Origin: a bacterium
GTDB lineage: Bacteria > Zhuqueibacterota > Zhuqueibacteria > Oceanimicrobiales > Oceanimicrobiaceae
NCBI GenBank assembly: GCA_037446635.1
Contig: JBBIIG010000001.1
Coordinates: forward strand, 117,638 to 181,637
DNA: 64,000 nt
Direction of reading: 5' to 3'
The position numbers and the translations under genes are program-made. Positions 40,154 to 52,444 of the stretch are shown here, one piece after another. Under the pieces are notes generated by a model, which saw only the letters and a program-made list of their open reading frames with translations, was not told where the DNA came from and searched no databases. How positions within the stretch are numbered: position 1 is the first letter of the stretch; each line of letters begins with the position of its first letter.

Positions 40154-42271
40154 TTAGGAATGATTCAAACGGAGCCGCATCCTCGCGTCCACGCCTTTGC
40201 AGCGGCTGCGCTCGGAGAAGGCCATCATCGGGTTGATCTCCATCTCCAAAATTTCCGGGAAATCTTGCGCAAGCTGCGACAGCCGCAGTAACATCTCTTT
40301 GAGAAATTCGAGATCCACGGCCGGCTCGCCGCGCACGCCCCGCAGCAGGGCGTAGCCTTTTATTTCGGCGAGCATGTCCTCCACATCCACATCGGTGACC
40401 GGCGTGATGCGAAACGCCACGTCCTGCAAAACTTCCACGTAAGCGCCGCCCAAGCCAAACATGATGAGCGTCCCAAAGCCCGGCGCCGAATGCAAACCCA
40501 TGATCACCTCCTTGCCGCCGGCCACCATTTCCTGCACAACGAACGCAGCCCGCTCGACATTCACCCCCCTGCTTTTCAGGGCATCCATGATTCCGCGATA
40601 GGCCGCTTCCAGATCTTTGGCGCTGGCCAGATTCAACCTGACGCCGCCCACTTCGGTTTTGTGGATCACTTCCGCCGCCGAAACTTTGAGCGCCAGCGGG
40701 AAGCTCATTTTTTTTGCGGCCGTTAAAATTTCCCCTAAATTTTTGCTGCGCTGCATGTTCGCAAATGGAATTTCGTAGCACGCTAAAATTTCCGCGACCT
40801 CCGGGGCCGTCAAAAACTCGCGATTTTCTTTTTGGGCCCGCTGAATAATTTCTTTCGCCCGCTTTTTATCAACCGCAAATTCGGGTACCCTTCCCTCTCG
40901 TTTTTCCAGCCACGCGCTGTACCGCCCCATCGCGGCCAAGGCACGCGCCGCCGATTCCGGGAAAGGATAGGCCGGCAGTTTGCGGCGGTGCAGCTCCTCC
41001 ACGCCGGTGGCCACCCCCTGCACGCCCATAAAACATCCCAGCACCGGCTTGTCAAATTTCTCCGCCACTTCTGCGATCTTGAGCGCCACCTGAATCGGAT
41101 CGGTGATGATTGGCGCCACGAAAATCACCATCGCCGAATCGACATTTTTATCATTGAGAACTTCGTTGAGGGCGAATTGAAATTCCGCCGGCTGCGCGCC
41201 CGCCAGTAAATCCACCGGATTATTGACGCTGGCGTCCGGCGCTAATTTTAGTTTGAGAGCGGCGCGGGTGGTTTCCTGCAATTCCACGACCGTTAGCCCC
41301 ACGCTTTCGCAAGCGTCCGCCGCCATGATGCCCGGGCCGCCGGCATTAGTGATGATGGCCACTCGATTACCCCTGGGCAGCGGCACGTTCGCCAGCCCCA
41401 TGGCAACGTCGAACATCTCGTCGATGGTGGCGGCGCGGATGACGCCGGATTGCTTGAACAGCGCGTCGAAGGCGCGATCCATGCCGGCCAGCGCGCCGGT
41501 GTGCGACGTGGCCGCCCGCGCCCCGGAGGTGGTGCGCCCGGATTTGACGATCACAATCGGCTTCTGGCGGCTGACCTCTTTCGCCAGCTTGATGAATTTT
41601 TGCGGATTGCCAAAACTTTCGAGGTACATCAAAATCACTTCCACCGACGGGTCGTCGCGCCAGTATTCCAAAAGATCGTTGCCGGAAACATCAGCTTTAT
41701 TTCCCACGGAGACAAACATCGACACGCCGAGATTGAGCTTTTTAGCGTGCTCGAGAATGGTTTGGCCCAACGCCCCACTTTGTGAAACCAACCCGATGTT
41801 CCCCGGCGGCGGCACCACCGGCGCGAAGGTAGCGTCCAAGCGCACGTCCGGATCCGTGTTGATCACGCCCATGCAGTTGGGGCCAATCATCCGCATGTGG
41901 TTGGCCTTCACGATGGCGGCGAGCTCGCGCTCCAACTCCGCTCCCTTCGGGCCGGTTTCTTTGAAGCCAGCGGTAATCACGATTAAACCCTTCACCCCAC
42001 ATTGGGCGCATTCCTTCACCACTTCCAAAACAAAATCTTTGCGAACGACAATGACCGCTAAATCAACTCGTTCGGGAAGCGCCGAAACCCTAGGGTAGGC
42101 TTTCACCGAATGAATGTATTCCGCCGTTGGATGAATAGGATAAACCGGGCCATTAAATTCGCTGTTCAAAAGTTTGTCGAAGATTTCCCGCCCCAGCGTG
42201 CCGCGCTGGGTTGACGCGCCCACCACGGCGACGGACTTCGGGCGAAAGATGGCGTCGAGCGAGTGATTCAT
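40154..42271 (-). CDS. Acetate/acyl-CoA ligase (ADP-forming), fused alpha-beta
   Basis: PKSVAVVGAS, GPNCMG, SQSGA, GNKAD, SHTGALAG (catalytic His), NNPVDL; C-terminal ATP-grasp (HKTEVGGV, EINP); no GNAT domain. Confidence 0.92.
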   Translation of the reverse strand: MNHSLDAIFRPKSVAVVGASTQRGTLGREIFDKLLNSEFNGPVYPIHPTAEYIHSVKAYPRVSALPERVDLAVIVVRKDFVLEVVKECAQCGVKGLIVITAGFKETGPKGAELERELAAIVKANHMRMIGPNCMGVINTDPDVRLDATFAPVVPPPGNIGLVSQSGALGQTILEHAKKLNLGVSMFVSVGNKADVSGNDLLEYWRDDPSVEVILMYLESFGNPQKFIKLAKEVSRQKPIVIVKSGRTTSGARAATSHTGALAGMDRAFDALFKQSGVIRAATIDEMFDVAMGLANVPLPRGNRVAIITNAGGPGIMAADACESVGLTVVELQETTRAALKLKLAPDASVNNPVDLLAGAQPAEFQFALNEVLNDKNVDSAMVIFVAPIITDPIQVALKIAEVAEKFDKPVLGCFMGVQGVATGVEELHRRKLPAYPFPESAARALAAMGRYSAWLEKREGRVPEFAVDKKRAKEIIQRAQKENREFLTAPEVAEILACYEIPFANMQRSKNLGEILTAAKKMSFPLALKVSAAEVIHKTEVGGVRLNLASAKDLEAAYRGIMDALKSRGVNVERAAFVVQEMVAGGKEVIMGLHSAPGFGTLIMFGLGGAYVEVLQDVAFRITPVTDVDVEDMLAEIKGYALLRGVRGEPAVDLEFLKEMLLRLSQLAQDFPEILEMEINPMMAFSERSRCKGVDARMRLRLNHS

Positions 42272-42350
42272 AAAATGAACTTTTGAGATATTTCTCTGTT
42301 AAACTTTCAAAAGAAATTAAAGAACGCAATTCTCAACGGCAAGTAAAAAC

Positions 42351-42379
42351 TTGACAAAGATGTCTCACCAATTTAAATT
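42351..42379 (+). promoter_or_regulatory. Putative sigma70-type promoter
   Basis: TTGACA-N17-TAAATT upstream of the DCC gene; a divergent TTGCCG-N17-TAATTT lies at 42314-42342 on the minus strand. Confidence 0.55.
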
Positions 42380-42394
42380 GCAGGAAAATCAATT

Positions 42395-42883
42395 ATGATT
42401 GTTGGAATATTGAGAACCTCTGCCCACTCAATATCGCAAGCAACAACCGACAACCACCAGCCCTTCAGCACGTCGGTTGTTTTTTACGATGGCGTCTGCG
42501 CCCTCTGCAGCCGGGCGGTGCAGTATCTGTTGGAAAAGGATCGCCACCACGTGCTGAAGTTCGCCCCGCTGCAGGGTCAAACCGCGCGGCCGCTTTTGGA
42601 ACGATTTCCTGAGTTGGCATACAAAAAAAATTTGAAAAGCGTCATCTACATCCGCGAATTCAATTCTCCGGACGAGCAGATTTTTTTGCGCGCCGACGCG
42701 GTTCTGCAAATTCTTTCGGACCTTGAAGTCCAAAGTCCGTGGATCACCGGCATGTCTTTTTTCCCTCGATTTTTGCGAAATCTGATCTACAATGTCGTGG
42801 CGAAATTTCGCTACCGCTGGTTTGGAAAATATAGAGAATGTTGGCTGCCGGATTTCAAATGGCGTGAACGCTTTTTGCCGTGA
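42395..42883 (+). CDS. DCC1-like thiol-disulfide oxidoreductase (DUF393)
   Basis: FYDGVCALC (DxxCxxC), FAPLQ, Y..VA..RYRWFG. Confidence 0.88.
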   Translation: MIVGILRTSAHSISQATTDNHQPFSTSVVFYDGVCALCSRAVQYLLEKDRHHVLKFAPLQGQTARPLLERFPELAYKKNLKSVIYIREFNSPDEQIFLRADAVLQILSDLEVQSPWITGMSFFPRFLRNLIYNVVAKFRYRWFGKYRECWLPDFKWRERFLP

Positions 42884-42910
42884 GGGGAAGGAAGACCTCC
42901 ACTGCCCATC

Positions 42911-42940
42911 CCGTAGGGCAATTCATGAATTGCCCTACGG
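42911..42940. repeat. 30-bp perfect palindrome, GTAG-type REP
   Basis: CCGTAGGGCAATTCATGAATTGCCCTACGG. Confidence 0.85.
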
Positions 42941-43005
42941 AATTCGACCGAACCAAATCGACGAAGTTTGTTTTAACCGCATTTCAGATTAGGAGGCAAA
43001 AGCCT

Positions 43006-43458
43006 ATGAAACTTTCCAGTCCGGCTTTCAAAGACGGCGCGGCGATTCCTCGTGTGCACACCTGCGATGACCGCGACATTTCGCCGGCGTTAAAATGGGA
43101 AGGGGCGCCGCAAGGCGTGAAAAGCTTCGCCCTCATCTGCGACGATCCCGACGCGCCGCGGGGAACCTGGGTGCACTGGGTGATTTTCAACATTCCCCCG
43201 GACAAACAGGAGTTACCGGAAAACCTGCCAACAAAAGACTCGCTGACGGATGGTACGAAGCAGGGCAAAAACGATTTTGGGAACATCGGCTACGGCGGAC
43301 CTTGTCCGCCTGGCGGCACCCACCGCTATTTTTTCAAACTCTACGCCCTCGACGCGTCAGTCCAGTTGCAAGCCGGTTGCACCAAAGCCCAGTTGCTCGA
43401 CGCCATGAAGGGACACATTTTGGCGGAAGCGCAGTTGATGGCAACCTACAAACGCTGA
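43006..43458 (+). CDS. YbhB/YbcL family Raf kinase inhibitor-like (PEBP) protein
   Basis: DDPDAP.GTWVHW, GYGGPCPP, HRYFFKLYALD; AGGAGG RBS before ATG 43006. Confidence 0.93.
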   Translation: MKLSSPAFKDGAAIPRVHTCDDRDISPALKWEGAPQGVKSFALICDDPDAPRGTWVHWVIFNIPPDKQELPENLPTKDSLTDGTKQGKNDFGNIGYGGPCPPGGTHRYFFKLYALDASVQLQAGCTKAQLLDAMKGHILAEAQLMATYKR

Positions 43459-43462
43459 GCCG

Positions 43463-44461
43463 ATGCGCGCGCAAATTCTGAACGAACCTGGCCCGATTGA
43501 CTCCCGCCCGCTTCGCCTTTCGGAGGCGCCCCCACCCGAACCCAGCGACGGCGATCTGCTGATTCGAGTTTCGGTGTGCGGAGTGTGTCACACCGACCTG
43601 CACATCGCGGAGGGCGAACTTCCCCCCAAAAAATCAAGCCTCATTCCCGGGCATCAAATTGTCGGAGTGGTTGAGCGCGCCGGAAAAAATGTTAGGCGTT
43701 TCGCGCGCGGCGACCGCGTTGGAGTGACGTGGCTCTATTCGAGTTGCGGGAGTTGTGAATATTGCAAAACCGGTAAAGAAAATCTTTGCGATGACGCCCG
43801 CTTCACCGGCTACCACCACGACGGCGGCTACGCCGAATACGCGGTGGTTCCCGCTGAGTTCGCCCAAGCGATTCCTGCCAATTTTCCGGATTCGCAAGCC
43901 GCGCCGCTGCTGTGCGCCGGCGTCATTGGCTACCGTTCGTTGAAGCTTTGCGAGATTCAACCCGGCCAACGGCTGGGACTTTACGGCTTCGGCGCCTCGG
44001 CGCACGTGGCCATTCAAGTGGCGCGCCGCTGGGGCTGCGAGGTTTACGTGTTCACTCGCAGCGCGCAACATCGCGAGCACGCGCTCGAACTGGGCGCGAA
44101 ATGGGCCGGCTCCGCTTCGGAATTCCCGCCGCAAAAAATGGCTGGCAGCGTCATTTTTGCGCCGGCGGGAGAACTGGTGCCGCAGGCGCTGCAGCATTTG
44201 CAAAAAGGCGGCGTGTTGGCCATCAACGCCGTGCACATGAGTCCCATCCCGCAATTCGATTATTCTCTCATTTACTTTGAACGCACCGTGCGCAGCGTCG
44301 CCAATTGCACTCGCCGCGACGCCGAGGAACTCCTGAAGCTGGCGGCCGAGATCCCCATCCAAACGGACGTGGAAATGTATCCCCTCGAACAAGCCAACGA
44401 AGTTTTGCAGCGGCTAAAGCGCGCGGAGATCCGCGGCGCGGCGGTGCTGAAGATCTTGTAA
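43463..44461 (+). CDS. Zinc-dependent alcohol dehydrogenase family protein
   Basis: CGVCHTDLH, PGHQIVG, CGSCEYC..G.ENLC, APLLCAG, GFGASAH. Confidence 0.93.
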   Translation: MRAQILNEPGPIDSRPLRLSEAPPPEPSDGDLLIRVSVCGVCHTDLHIAEGELPPKKSSLIPGHQIVGVVERAGKNVRRFARGDRVGVTWLYSSCGSCEYCKTGKENLCDDARFTGYHHDGGYAEYAVVPAEFAQAIPANFPDSQAAPLLCAGVIGYRSLKLCEIQPGQRLGLYGFGASAHVAIQVARRWGCEVYVFTRSAQHREHALELGAKWAGSASEFPPQKMAGSVIFAPAGELVPQALQHLQKGGVLAINAVHMSPIPQFDYSLIYFERTVRSVANCTRRDAEELLKLAAEIPIQTDVEMYPLEQANEVLQRLKRAEIRGAAVLKIL

Positions 44462-44504
44462 CGCAAACTTCTGGTTTGCGACTCAAAGCAGAGCTTTGAG
44501 TTAC
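44458..44504. repeat. Inverted doublet of GTAA-headed hairpins (REP/REPIN-like)
   Basis: + strand GTAA-CGCAAAC-TTCTG-GTTTGCG abuts minus-strand GTAA-CTCAAAGC-TCT-GCTTTGAG. Confidence 0.6.
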
Positions 44505-44531
44505 GTTTACCATTTGTGAAAGGACAACCAA

Positions 44532-44960
44532 ATGCGGCCCAAACTGATTCTCCCCCATCAATTCTCGTTTGCCACCGAAATGCGCGTGCGCGTCAGCGAC
44601 ATCAATTATGCCGGCCACCTCAGCAACGACCGCGTACTGTCGCTCCTGCACGAAGCGCGCGTCCGCTTCCTCAATCAATTCGGTTTTACGGAAATGGATG
44701 TCGATGGCGCCGGCACCATCATGACCCATGCCGTGCTCATTTATAAATCCGAAGCGTTCCACGGCGATCTGCTTGTGATCGAAGTGGCGGTGGGAGAGTT
44801 TCACAAATTCGGCTGCGATTTTTTTTACAAGATTACCAATCGCGACAAAAACAAAGAAGTGGCGCGGGGTAAAACCGGCCACGTGTTTTTCAATTACGAG
44901 ACGCACACCATGATGCCGGTTCCGCAAAAATTTCTCAAGTTGTGTGCTCCAAAATCATAA
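44532..44960 (+). CDS. Hotdog-fold acyl-CoA thioesterase (4HBT/YbgC-like)
   Basis: VRVSDINYAGHLSN, LHEAR, YKSEAFHGD. Confidence 0.88.
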   Translation: MRPKLILPHQFSFATEMRVRVSDINYAGHLSNDRVLSLLHEARVRFLNQFGFTEMDVDGAGTIMTHAVLIYKSEAFHGDLLVIEVAVGEFHKFGCDFFYKITNRDKNKEVARGKTGHVFFNYETHTMMPVPQKFLKLCAPKS

Positions 44961-45099
44961 TGAATCTGGAAAATCAAATACCGCGAAAAGATGAAAGCAC
45001 GGACGGGCGTTTGCGGGATCGGGAGGTTTATTGAAGGCACGAGCGCTGACGAGCTCGGGGCACTGTGAACATTTTTGGAGACGCTTGAGAAAAGCGCGA

Positions 45100-46383
45100 C
45101 TAATTTTTGGTGTTCAACACCGCGGTTATTTCATCCCAGTAACCGTAGCGTTCAATGGAGCTGTTGTCATAAACATACAATCCGTTGGCGAGGTTCAGCA
45201 CGGTAGTGAGAGCGCTTTTGAATTTTTCGCCATCGGATTTAAAAAGCTCCGCGAGGATGGCGGCATAGACCGGACAGCTATTGTCAATGACATCCATCGC
45301 CATCATGGCTGAGCCCTCCACGCTCATCCACCACTCTGCGCCTAAAGCTTCCGAATCGCTGGCGGTCAGGCGGGGAAAATAGCAGCCGACAATCATGTAA
45401 TTGACCAGTTCGGCAATCGCCGTTTTATTATATTCATCGGAAGCCCACTCTTCTTGCGGCTGATTGTTTTCTGCCGCCCAATTGACGCCGTACTCATAGT
45501 ACGTCGGGTACCAGGCGCCCACGAAGTTCCCAATCGGCAAAGTCGGATCGATGTTCCTGATTTGTTTGGTCAGTTTCTCCATGAAGCTGCGAATAGCTTG
45601 GGCGCGGAATTCAATCCATTCTTTATAATACATACCGGGGACAATTGTCCACTCCTCATTTTGGCGCTGCCATTGCAAAACATCGTCCGGCCACCATTGC
45701 AAACGTCGGCCGGTTTTGGCAAGATAGCCTTCAAACAGGCCGCGGCTAAACTCGGAGAAATCCGCCTCGATTCCAGAAAAACGCGCCTTATCAAAAATAA
45801 TTCCGTCAACCGAATATTGTTCTAAAAATTCTTTCACGACCGCAATTTCATACTCCTGCACTTCGCTCAACAACGGGTTGGCAAATGCGATGGGCCCCTG
45901 CGCCCATCGCGTAATTGGGACAACTTTCGGCTGCTCTTCTTCGACCACATAAACCTGCGTTTGCCAGTTGGGGAGGCGATCGTAAATCGGGCCGCGCCGT
46001 TCCAAAACATGTCCTTCTGCAAAAACCGAGAACACCGCATAAATCTGAATGTGTCGGCGTTTGCCTTCATCCAGAAATGCCTTAATGGGATCGAAGTCGA
46101 TGGGCACGGAATATCCGTCCCACTGCAAAAGTCGCGGTGCGAATTTGCTGGGATAAATCACTTCGCCGCTGATGGCTTTGACGCCCAGCGCGATGGCGCC
46201 AAATCCCGCACCTTCGGCATTATTGATGATATTCGCGACGCCGGTGCGGCTGGTGATATCGCGGATGTTCAGCAGCGGATCGCACCACAACACGGCAAGC
46301 TTCTCGCCTTGAGGATAAGCGTCCGCCGGCAACGAAGCGATCAAAAGAACGAGCAGAAAAATTCGCGGAAGATATTTTTTCAT
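45100..46383 (-). CDS. Secreted glycoside hydrolase-like (GHL10-type TIM barrel) protein
   Basis: Signal peptide; FANP...EVQEY, YSVDGIIFDKARF, EW.EFRA, VGAWYPTYYEYGVNWA. Confidence 0.72.
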   Translation of the reverse strand: MKKYLPRIFLLVLLIASLPADAYPQGEKLAVLWCDPLLNIRDITSRTGVANIINNAEGAGFGAIALGVKAISGEVIYPSKFAPRLLQWDGYSVPIDFDPIKAFLDEGKRRHIQIYAVFSVFAEGHVLERRGPIYDRLPNWQTQVYVVEEEQPKVVPITRWAQGPIAFANPLLSEVQEYEIAVVKEFLEQYSVDGIIFDKARFSGIEADFSEFSRGLFEGYLAKTGRRLQWWPDDVLQWQRQNEEWTIVPGMYYKEWIEFRAQAIRSFMEKLTKQIRNIDPTLPIGNFVGAWYPTYYEYGVNWAAENNQPQEEWASDEYNKTAIAELVNYMIVGCYFPRLTASDSEALGAEWWMSVEGSAMMAMDVIDNSCPVYAAILAELFKSDGEKFKSALTTVLNLANGLYVYDNSSIERYGYWDEITAVLNTKN

Positions 46384-46384
46384 G

Positions 46385-46618
46385 TCAGATCAAAAATTTG
46401 CTGAATGCAATACAGAGGGCGCCAGCGACGAATAATGCCAGCCCAAGCCAAAGCTTTTCTTTTTTGAGTGCCAACGAAATACCAACGGAGAGGAGCAGCA
46501 GCCCGGCAAATACCGAAAAGCGGTAGGCGCTCAACCCCACTAACAGACAAAAGACGGCCCAGATAATCCATTTTTCTGCTGCGGTAAATCCGCGCTGGCT
46601 TTTTGCCTCGGTCGGCAC
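46385..46618 (-). CDS. Small multi-TM hypothetical membrane protein
   Basis: Probable GTG start at 46618 after GGAGG; three hydrophobic segments; stop 1 nt before the next ATG. Confidence 0.6.
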   Translation of the reverse strand: MPTEAKSQRGFTAAEKWIIWAVFCLLVGLSAYRFSVFAGLLLLSVGISLALKKEKLWLGLALFVAGALCIAFSKFLI

Positions 46619-46731
46619 AACTTTATCCTCCAAATAATAAAGAAAATGGCAGGCTGAAGAACCACCTGCCATCATTGCATATTTGATCTAATTCACCACA
46701 AAGAGCACGAAGTTTTAAGGAACTTCAAATC

Positions 46732-47232
46732 TTAGTTGAGAACGACGTCAAAAAAATCGTTGAGCAGTTTCACTAACAACTCTTCGGTGAAGTGCATTGG
46801 CGTCGCGCTTCGGAGTTGGCTCTCCCGATCGTGCTTGTATCTTCGCAAGGAAATTCGGCCGTCGCTGCTCAGCAGGATTTCATAGAAAGACAAATAGCGA
46901 TCGTCTTTTTGCGGCGCCTGGCTTCGCAATTGCACTTGTCCGCTGTGGCTGTCCATTTCCACCAGATGAAAATCTTCTAAAAGATAAGTGACTTTGCTAA
47001 TCAAGCGATCGGCGCGCTGCTTAAGCTGCTCAACGGCAAAATGGTTATTCGAACTTTGCAGCACGATTTCTTCGATCATAAAACTCAGCCGGTCAAAATC
47101 GCTTATTTTGAGATGCAAAGCGATTTTTTCAATGACCGTTTCGAAATGGTAGGGGGCTACCCCCCGCTTGCTATCTTTTTCGGGCAACAGAAAATCCCGA
47201 AGTTGCTGCACAAGCGATTGACCGAGACTCAT
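46732..47232 (-). CDS. Hypothetical protein (166 aa), fourth gene of the prkA operon
   Basis: GGAGG RBS; 24 bp downstream of spoVR; KVTYLLEDF, QLRS..P and FYEILL segments. Confidence 0.8.
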   Translation of the reverse strand: MSLGQSLVQQLRDFLLPEKDSKRGVAPYHFETVIEKIALHLKISDFDRLSFMIEEIVLQSSNNHFAVEQLKQRADRLISKVTYLLEDFHLVEMDSHSGQVQLRSQAPQKDDRYLSFYEILLSSDGRISLRRYKHDRESQLRSATPMHFTEELLVKLLNDFFDVVLN

Positions 47233-47256
47233 TGTAGTGGCCTCCCCTGAATAAAG

Positions 47257-48744
47257 TTAGTCGATTTCATATTCGTCATGCTCTTGACCGTCGAAACTGA
47301 GGACCGTTGTTACTTCATCGATCACGGTTTGCAGGTGGACGGTGCGCGTCCAGATTTTATACAAGTTGGTTAAGGTTTCTTTAGCCTCGTCAATTTTGAG
47401 ATCGACCCCATCGTGGTCGTGAATCAAATACAGCTCGCCGCGGTTTTCGTAATTGGCGTCTTCCACGTGAATAAACGGCTGCCCAAAATTGGTGAGGCTG
47501 AACAGAAGTCTCTCTTTGACCGCTTTAAAATCGCGATCGGAAATTTCATAAAAGTCGGTGCGGTCGTTATAATCGTAAACGAACAGCTTGTGCTCTCGGC
47601 AAAATTCCGGCGTCAGAAACGCGTCAATGAACGTCAGGTCATTATACAACTTCCGCACCTCGAAAATTTTTTGCTGGCCAAGGCCAAGTTTCTTATCCCA
47701 GTTTTTGCGGGCCAGCCAATCGTCGCAGTCCTCGAAATCTTTGCCGAACTTGCCTTTATTCCAACGGTCCTCGATATCGCGAAACAACTCTACGCCTAAC
47801 TTATAGGGGTTGAGGCGGCCGTTGCCGGTAAGCAAGGTTCCGGAGTGATGATCGGCGTAATCGATCACTTCGGCGTCGGTGAGGCATTTTTCGGTCATGA
47901 TTTTTGAATGCCAATAGGTGGCCCAGCCTTCATTCATGATTTTGGTTTGGCCTTGCGGCGCGAAATAGTAGGCCTCCTCGCGCACGATGGAGAGCACGTC
48001 CGCCTGCCAGCGATCCAGCGGGGCGTGCTCAATCAAAAATTGCAGCACGTCGCGCTCGGGTATCTCGGGGAATTTTCGTTTCCTCTGTTTCTGCTTTTGT
48101 TCGGAAAGTTTTCGCTGTTCTTCGAGAAAATCCGCTGGGTTGATGTAGGCATCCATGTAATTTTTGCTTTTCAATTTCACCGGTGCGGTCGGTAGTGGCT
48201 CGTCTTCTACGATTTTTTGGGATGCCTGCGGCTTGCGCTGAATATAGGGCGAATGCAGGTCAATGAGATTCTCCAGCGACAAACAGACTTCGATAAAATC
48301 TTCGACGACCTCTTCGCCGTACTTTTCGCAGTAGCGGCGGATCTGGGTGGCGTGATTGGCCATTTCGTCCATCATTTTGCGATTGGTGTGGTTGAACCAG
48401 AGGTTGTTTTTGAAAAAATCGCAGTGGCCGTAAACGTGCGCCATCACTAATTTCTGATCCACCAGGTTATTGCATTTCATGAGATAGGCGTAGCAGGGAT
48501 CGTTGTTGATGACCAGCTCGTAAATTTTTTGCAAGCCGTAGGTGTAACCCTTCGACAGCTCTTCGTATTCCATGCCGAAACGCCAGTGGGGGTAGCGGGT
48601 GGGAAAGCCGCCGTAACTGGCAATTTCATTCAATTCATCGAATTCAACGATCTCAAAAATCGTCTCGAAAAAATTGAGATTATAATCTTCAGCGTATCGC
48701 CGAATCTCGTCTTTGATTTTGGCTAAGTCAGTTGGTAAATTCAT
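47257..48744 (-). CDS. spoVR: SpoVR/YcgB family protein
   Basis: [54 protein letters not shown]. Confidence 0.96.
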   Translation of the reverse strand: MNLPTDLAKIKDEIRRYAEDYNLNFFETIFEIVEFDELNEIASYGGFPTRYPHWRFGMEYEELSKGYTYGLQKIYELVINNDPCYAYLMKCNNLVDQKLVMAHVYGHCDFFKNNLWFNHTNRKMMDEMANHATQIRRYCEKYGEEVVEDFIEVCLSLENLIDLHSPYIQRKPQASQKIVEDEPLPTAPVKLKSKNYMDAYINPADFLEEQRKLSEQKQKQRKRKFPEIPERDVLQFLIEHAPLDRWQADVLSIVREEAYYFAPQGQTKIMNEGWATYWHSKIMTEKCLTDAEVIDYADHHSGTLLTGNGRLNPYKLGVELFRDIEDRWNKGKFGKDFEDCDDWLARKNWDKKLGLGQQKIFEVRKLYNDLTFIDAFLTPEFCREHKLFVYDYNDRTDFYEISDRDFKAVKERLLFSLTNFGQPFIHVEDANYENRGELYLIHDHDGVDLKIDEAKETLTNLYKIWTRTVHLQTVIDEVTTVLSFDGQEHDEYEID

Positions 48745-48760
48745 CGCCCGCTCGCGTTCT

Positions 48761-49864
48761 TTATCTACCTTTTCCTAAAAACTCTCGGATGGAATCGTAT
48801 ATTTCCTCTTTGTCGGCAATTTCAGACAGCACGACTTTTTCTTCGTCTTGGAAATTGTCATCCAAATCGCGGATGAATTGGCCGCTGCCGTAGGGGCTTT
48901 CCACCTGGCCGTAGCAAAAAAGATTGATCCTGTCCAGCAGATCGTTTGCAAGAATGGTAATACATTCTTCGGTGTCGATCTCACCCCAGTTGTCGCCGTC
49001 GGAAAAATGAAAGAGGTAAATGTTCCATTCGCTGTGATCGTAATCCTCATTGATGATCTTACTGGCTAATTTATAAGCTGACGAAATGATCGTGCCGCCG
49101 CTTTCGCGAGTGTGATAAAACGTCTCCTGATCCACTTCGCGCGCTACAGCATCGTGAATGATGTAACGGGTTGCGATGTTTTTATACTGATAGCGCAGCC
49201 AGGTATCGATCCAAAACGACTCTATGCGCACAATCTCTTTCTGCTCATCGCCCATCGAGCCGGAGACGTCCATCATATAAATGATGACCGCGTTGCTTTC
49301 GGGCTCGAGGGTGACTTTCCAGGAGCGGTAGCGGCGATCCTCGCGCACCGGGATGATCACCGGATCTTTGGGATTATAAGTTTGCGTGATGATCTGCCGT
49401 CTTAAAGCCTGCTTGTACGTGCGCTTGAAATGACGCAGCGATTCCGGCCCAGTGTGGCTGATGCCAGTGTATTTGTCTTTTTGGGTCGTAATATTTTTTT
49501 TGCCTTTGGGAAGGATGTTGGGAAGCTCAAGCTCCTCTCCCAAGATTTGCGCCAGTTCTTGCAGCGGGATATCCACTTCAAGAATGTGATCGCCGGGAGA
49601 ATCGCCGGCGCCGCCTTCCGCATCGCCGGCGCCGCGGCCGATGGGAGTGCCGATCTCGCCGCCCCCCTGTCCCACCCCGCCGGCCTTTTTATGGTCATAA
49701 CGAAAATGCGGGATATTGATTTGCGGAATGGGGATGCTGACAAAATCACTGCCCTTTTTGCCAATCAGCTCGCCGCGGGTGATGTACTTGCGCAGGTTGC
49801 GCTTGACCTTGCCGCGAACAATCTGGTGGAAGCGCGCCAGATCTTTTTCAATCTTTTTGACCAT
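48761..49864 (-). CDS. yeaH: YeaH/YhbH (DUF444) vWA-domain protein
   Basis: Gly-rich GVGQG linker, [13 protein letters not shown] motif, ESGGT, FSDGDNW. Confidence 0.94.
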   Translation of the reverse strand: MVKKIEKDLARFHQIVRGKVKRNLRKYITRGELIGKKGSDFVSIPIPQINIPHFRYDHKKAGGVGQGGGEIGTPIGRGAGDAEGGAGDSPGDHILEVDIPLQELAQILGEELELPNILPKGKKNITTQKDKYTGISHTGPESLRHFKRTYKQALRRQIITQTYNPKDPVIIPVREDRRYRSWKVTLEPESNAVIIYMMDVSGSMGDEQKEIVRIESFWIDTWLRYQYKNIATRYIIHDAVAREVDQETFYHTRESGGTIISSAYKLASKIINEDYDHSEWNIYLFHFSDGDNWGEIDTEECITILANDLLDRINLFCYGQVESPYGSGQFIRDLDDNFQDEEKVVLSEIADKEEIYDSIREFLGKGR

Positions 49865-49865
49865 G

Positions 49866-51962
<2,097 letters not shown>

Positions 51963-52004
51963 GGGGTTACACCTCCGGGAATTCTTGAAAAGCTATTCTC
52001 TAAA

Positions 52005-52022
52005 TTTACAAATTCTATGCCA
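52005..52022 (-). promoter_or_regulatory. Sigma54-like -24/-12 motif upstream of prkA
   Basis: TGGCATAGAATTTGTAAA, about 40 nt before the ATG; same variant as at 15535-15552. Confidence 0.6.
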
Positions 52023-52117
52023 CTATATTTCAGTGCAATGATTCGAACCTTTTTCTCTCATTAAACTGTCCATTAAAAATCAGCCCGTGCCATTGTGAAA
52101 CGAGCAGATACAAAAAA

Positions 52118-52141
52118 GTCGAAATAAAAATCTATTTCGAC
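52118..52141. promoter_or_regulatory. Dyad site, possible enhancer-binding-protein UAS
   Basis: GTCGAAATA-N6-TATTTCGAC, about 100 bp upstream of the sigma54-like motif. Confidence 0.45.
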
Positions 52142-52377
52142 ATTTTATTGAAAGTTTCAAAGAACTTGGAAAGTTTTATAAACTTTGATGAATTAGGTTC
52201 GCAATCCTTTGACCTTTCGTTACCTTTCGGAATTACTTTTGAATTTATAACAACCGAATTAAAAGTCAAGACATTTTTTAAACTTGCTGCACGAGATTTG
52301 ATAAATACTTTTTACGTTGTCTAATTTTAGAAATTACTACTGCCATCACTCCGATTCTGTTCCAGACTATTTTTTAT

Positions 52378-52406
52378 TTGACTAATATTGTCGCTTTCGC
52401 TATTAT
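52378..52406 (+). promoter_or_regulatory. Putative sigma70-type promoter of comM
   Basis: TTGACT-N17-TATTAT. Confidence 0.55.
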
Positions 52407-52444
52407 CAAAACACTTCACTAACAAAATCATAAACTAACTTTTT

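Noticed and set aside
40154..42271. Protein lysine acetyltransferase (Pat/PatZ)
   Set aside because: There is no GNAT domain, and the catalytic His (SHTG) is retained.
46690..46715. CACCACAAAGAGCACGAAG repeat-like stub
   Set aside because: It is a single short copy with no partner arm in the window, so it cannot be supported.
52070..52093. Second sigma54 site (TGGCACGGGCTGATT) upstream of prkA
   Set aside because: The -24 half is good, but there is no TTGC-like -12 element at the required spacing.
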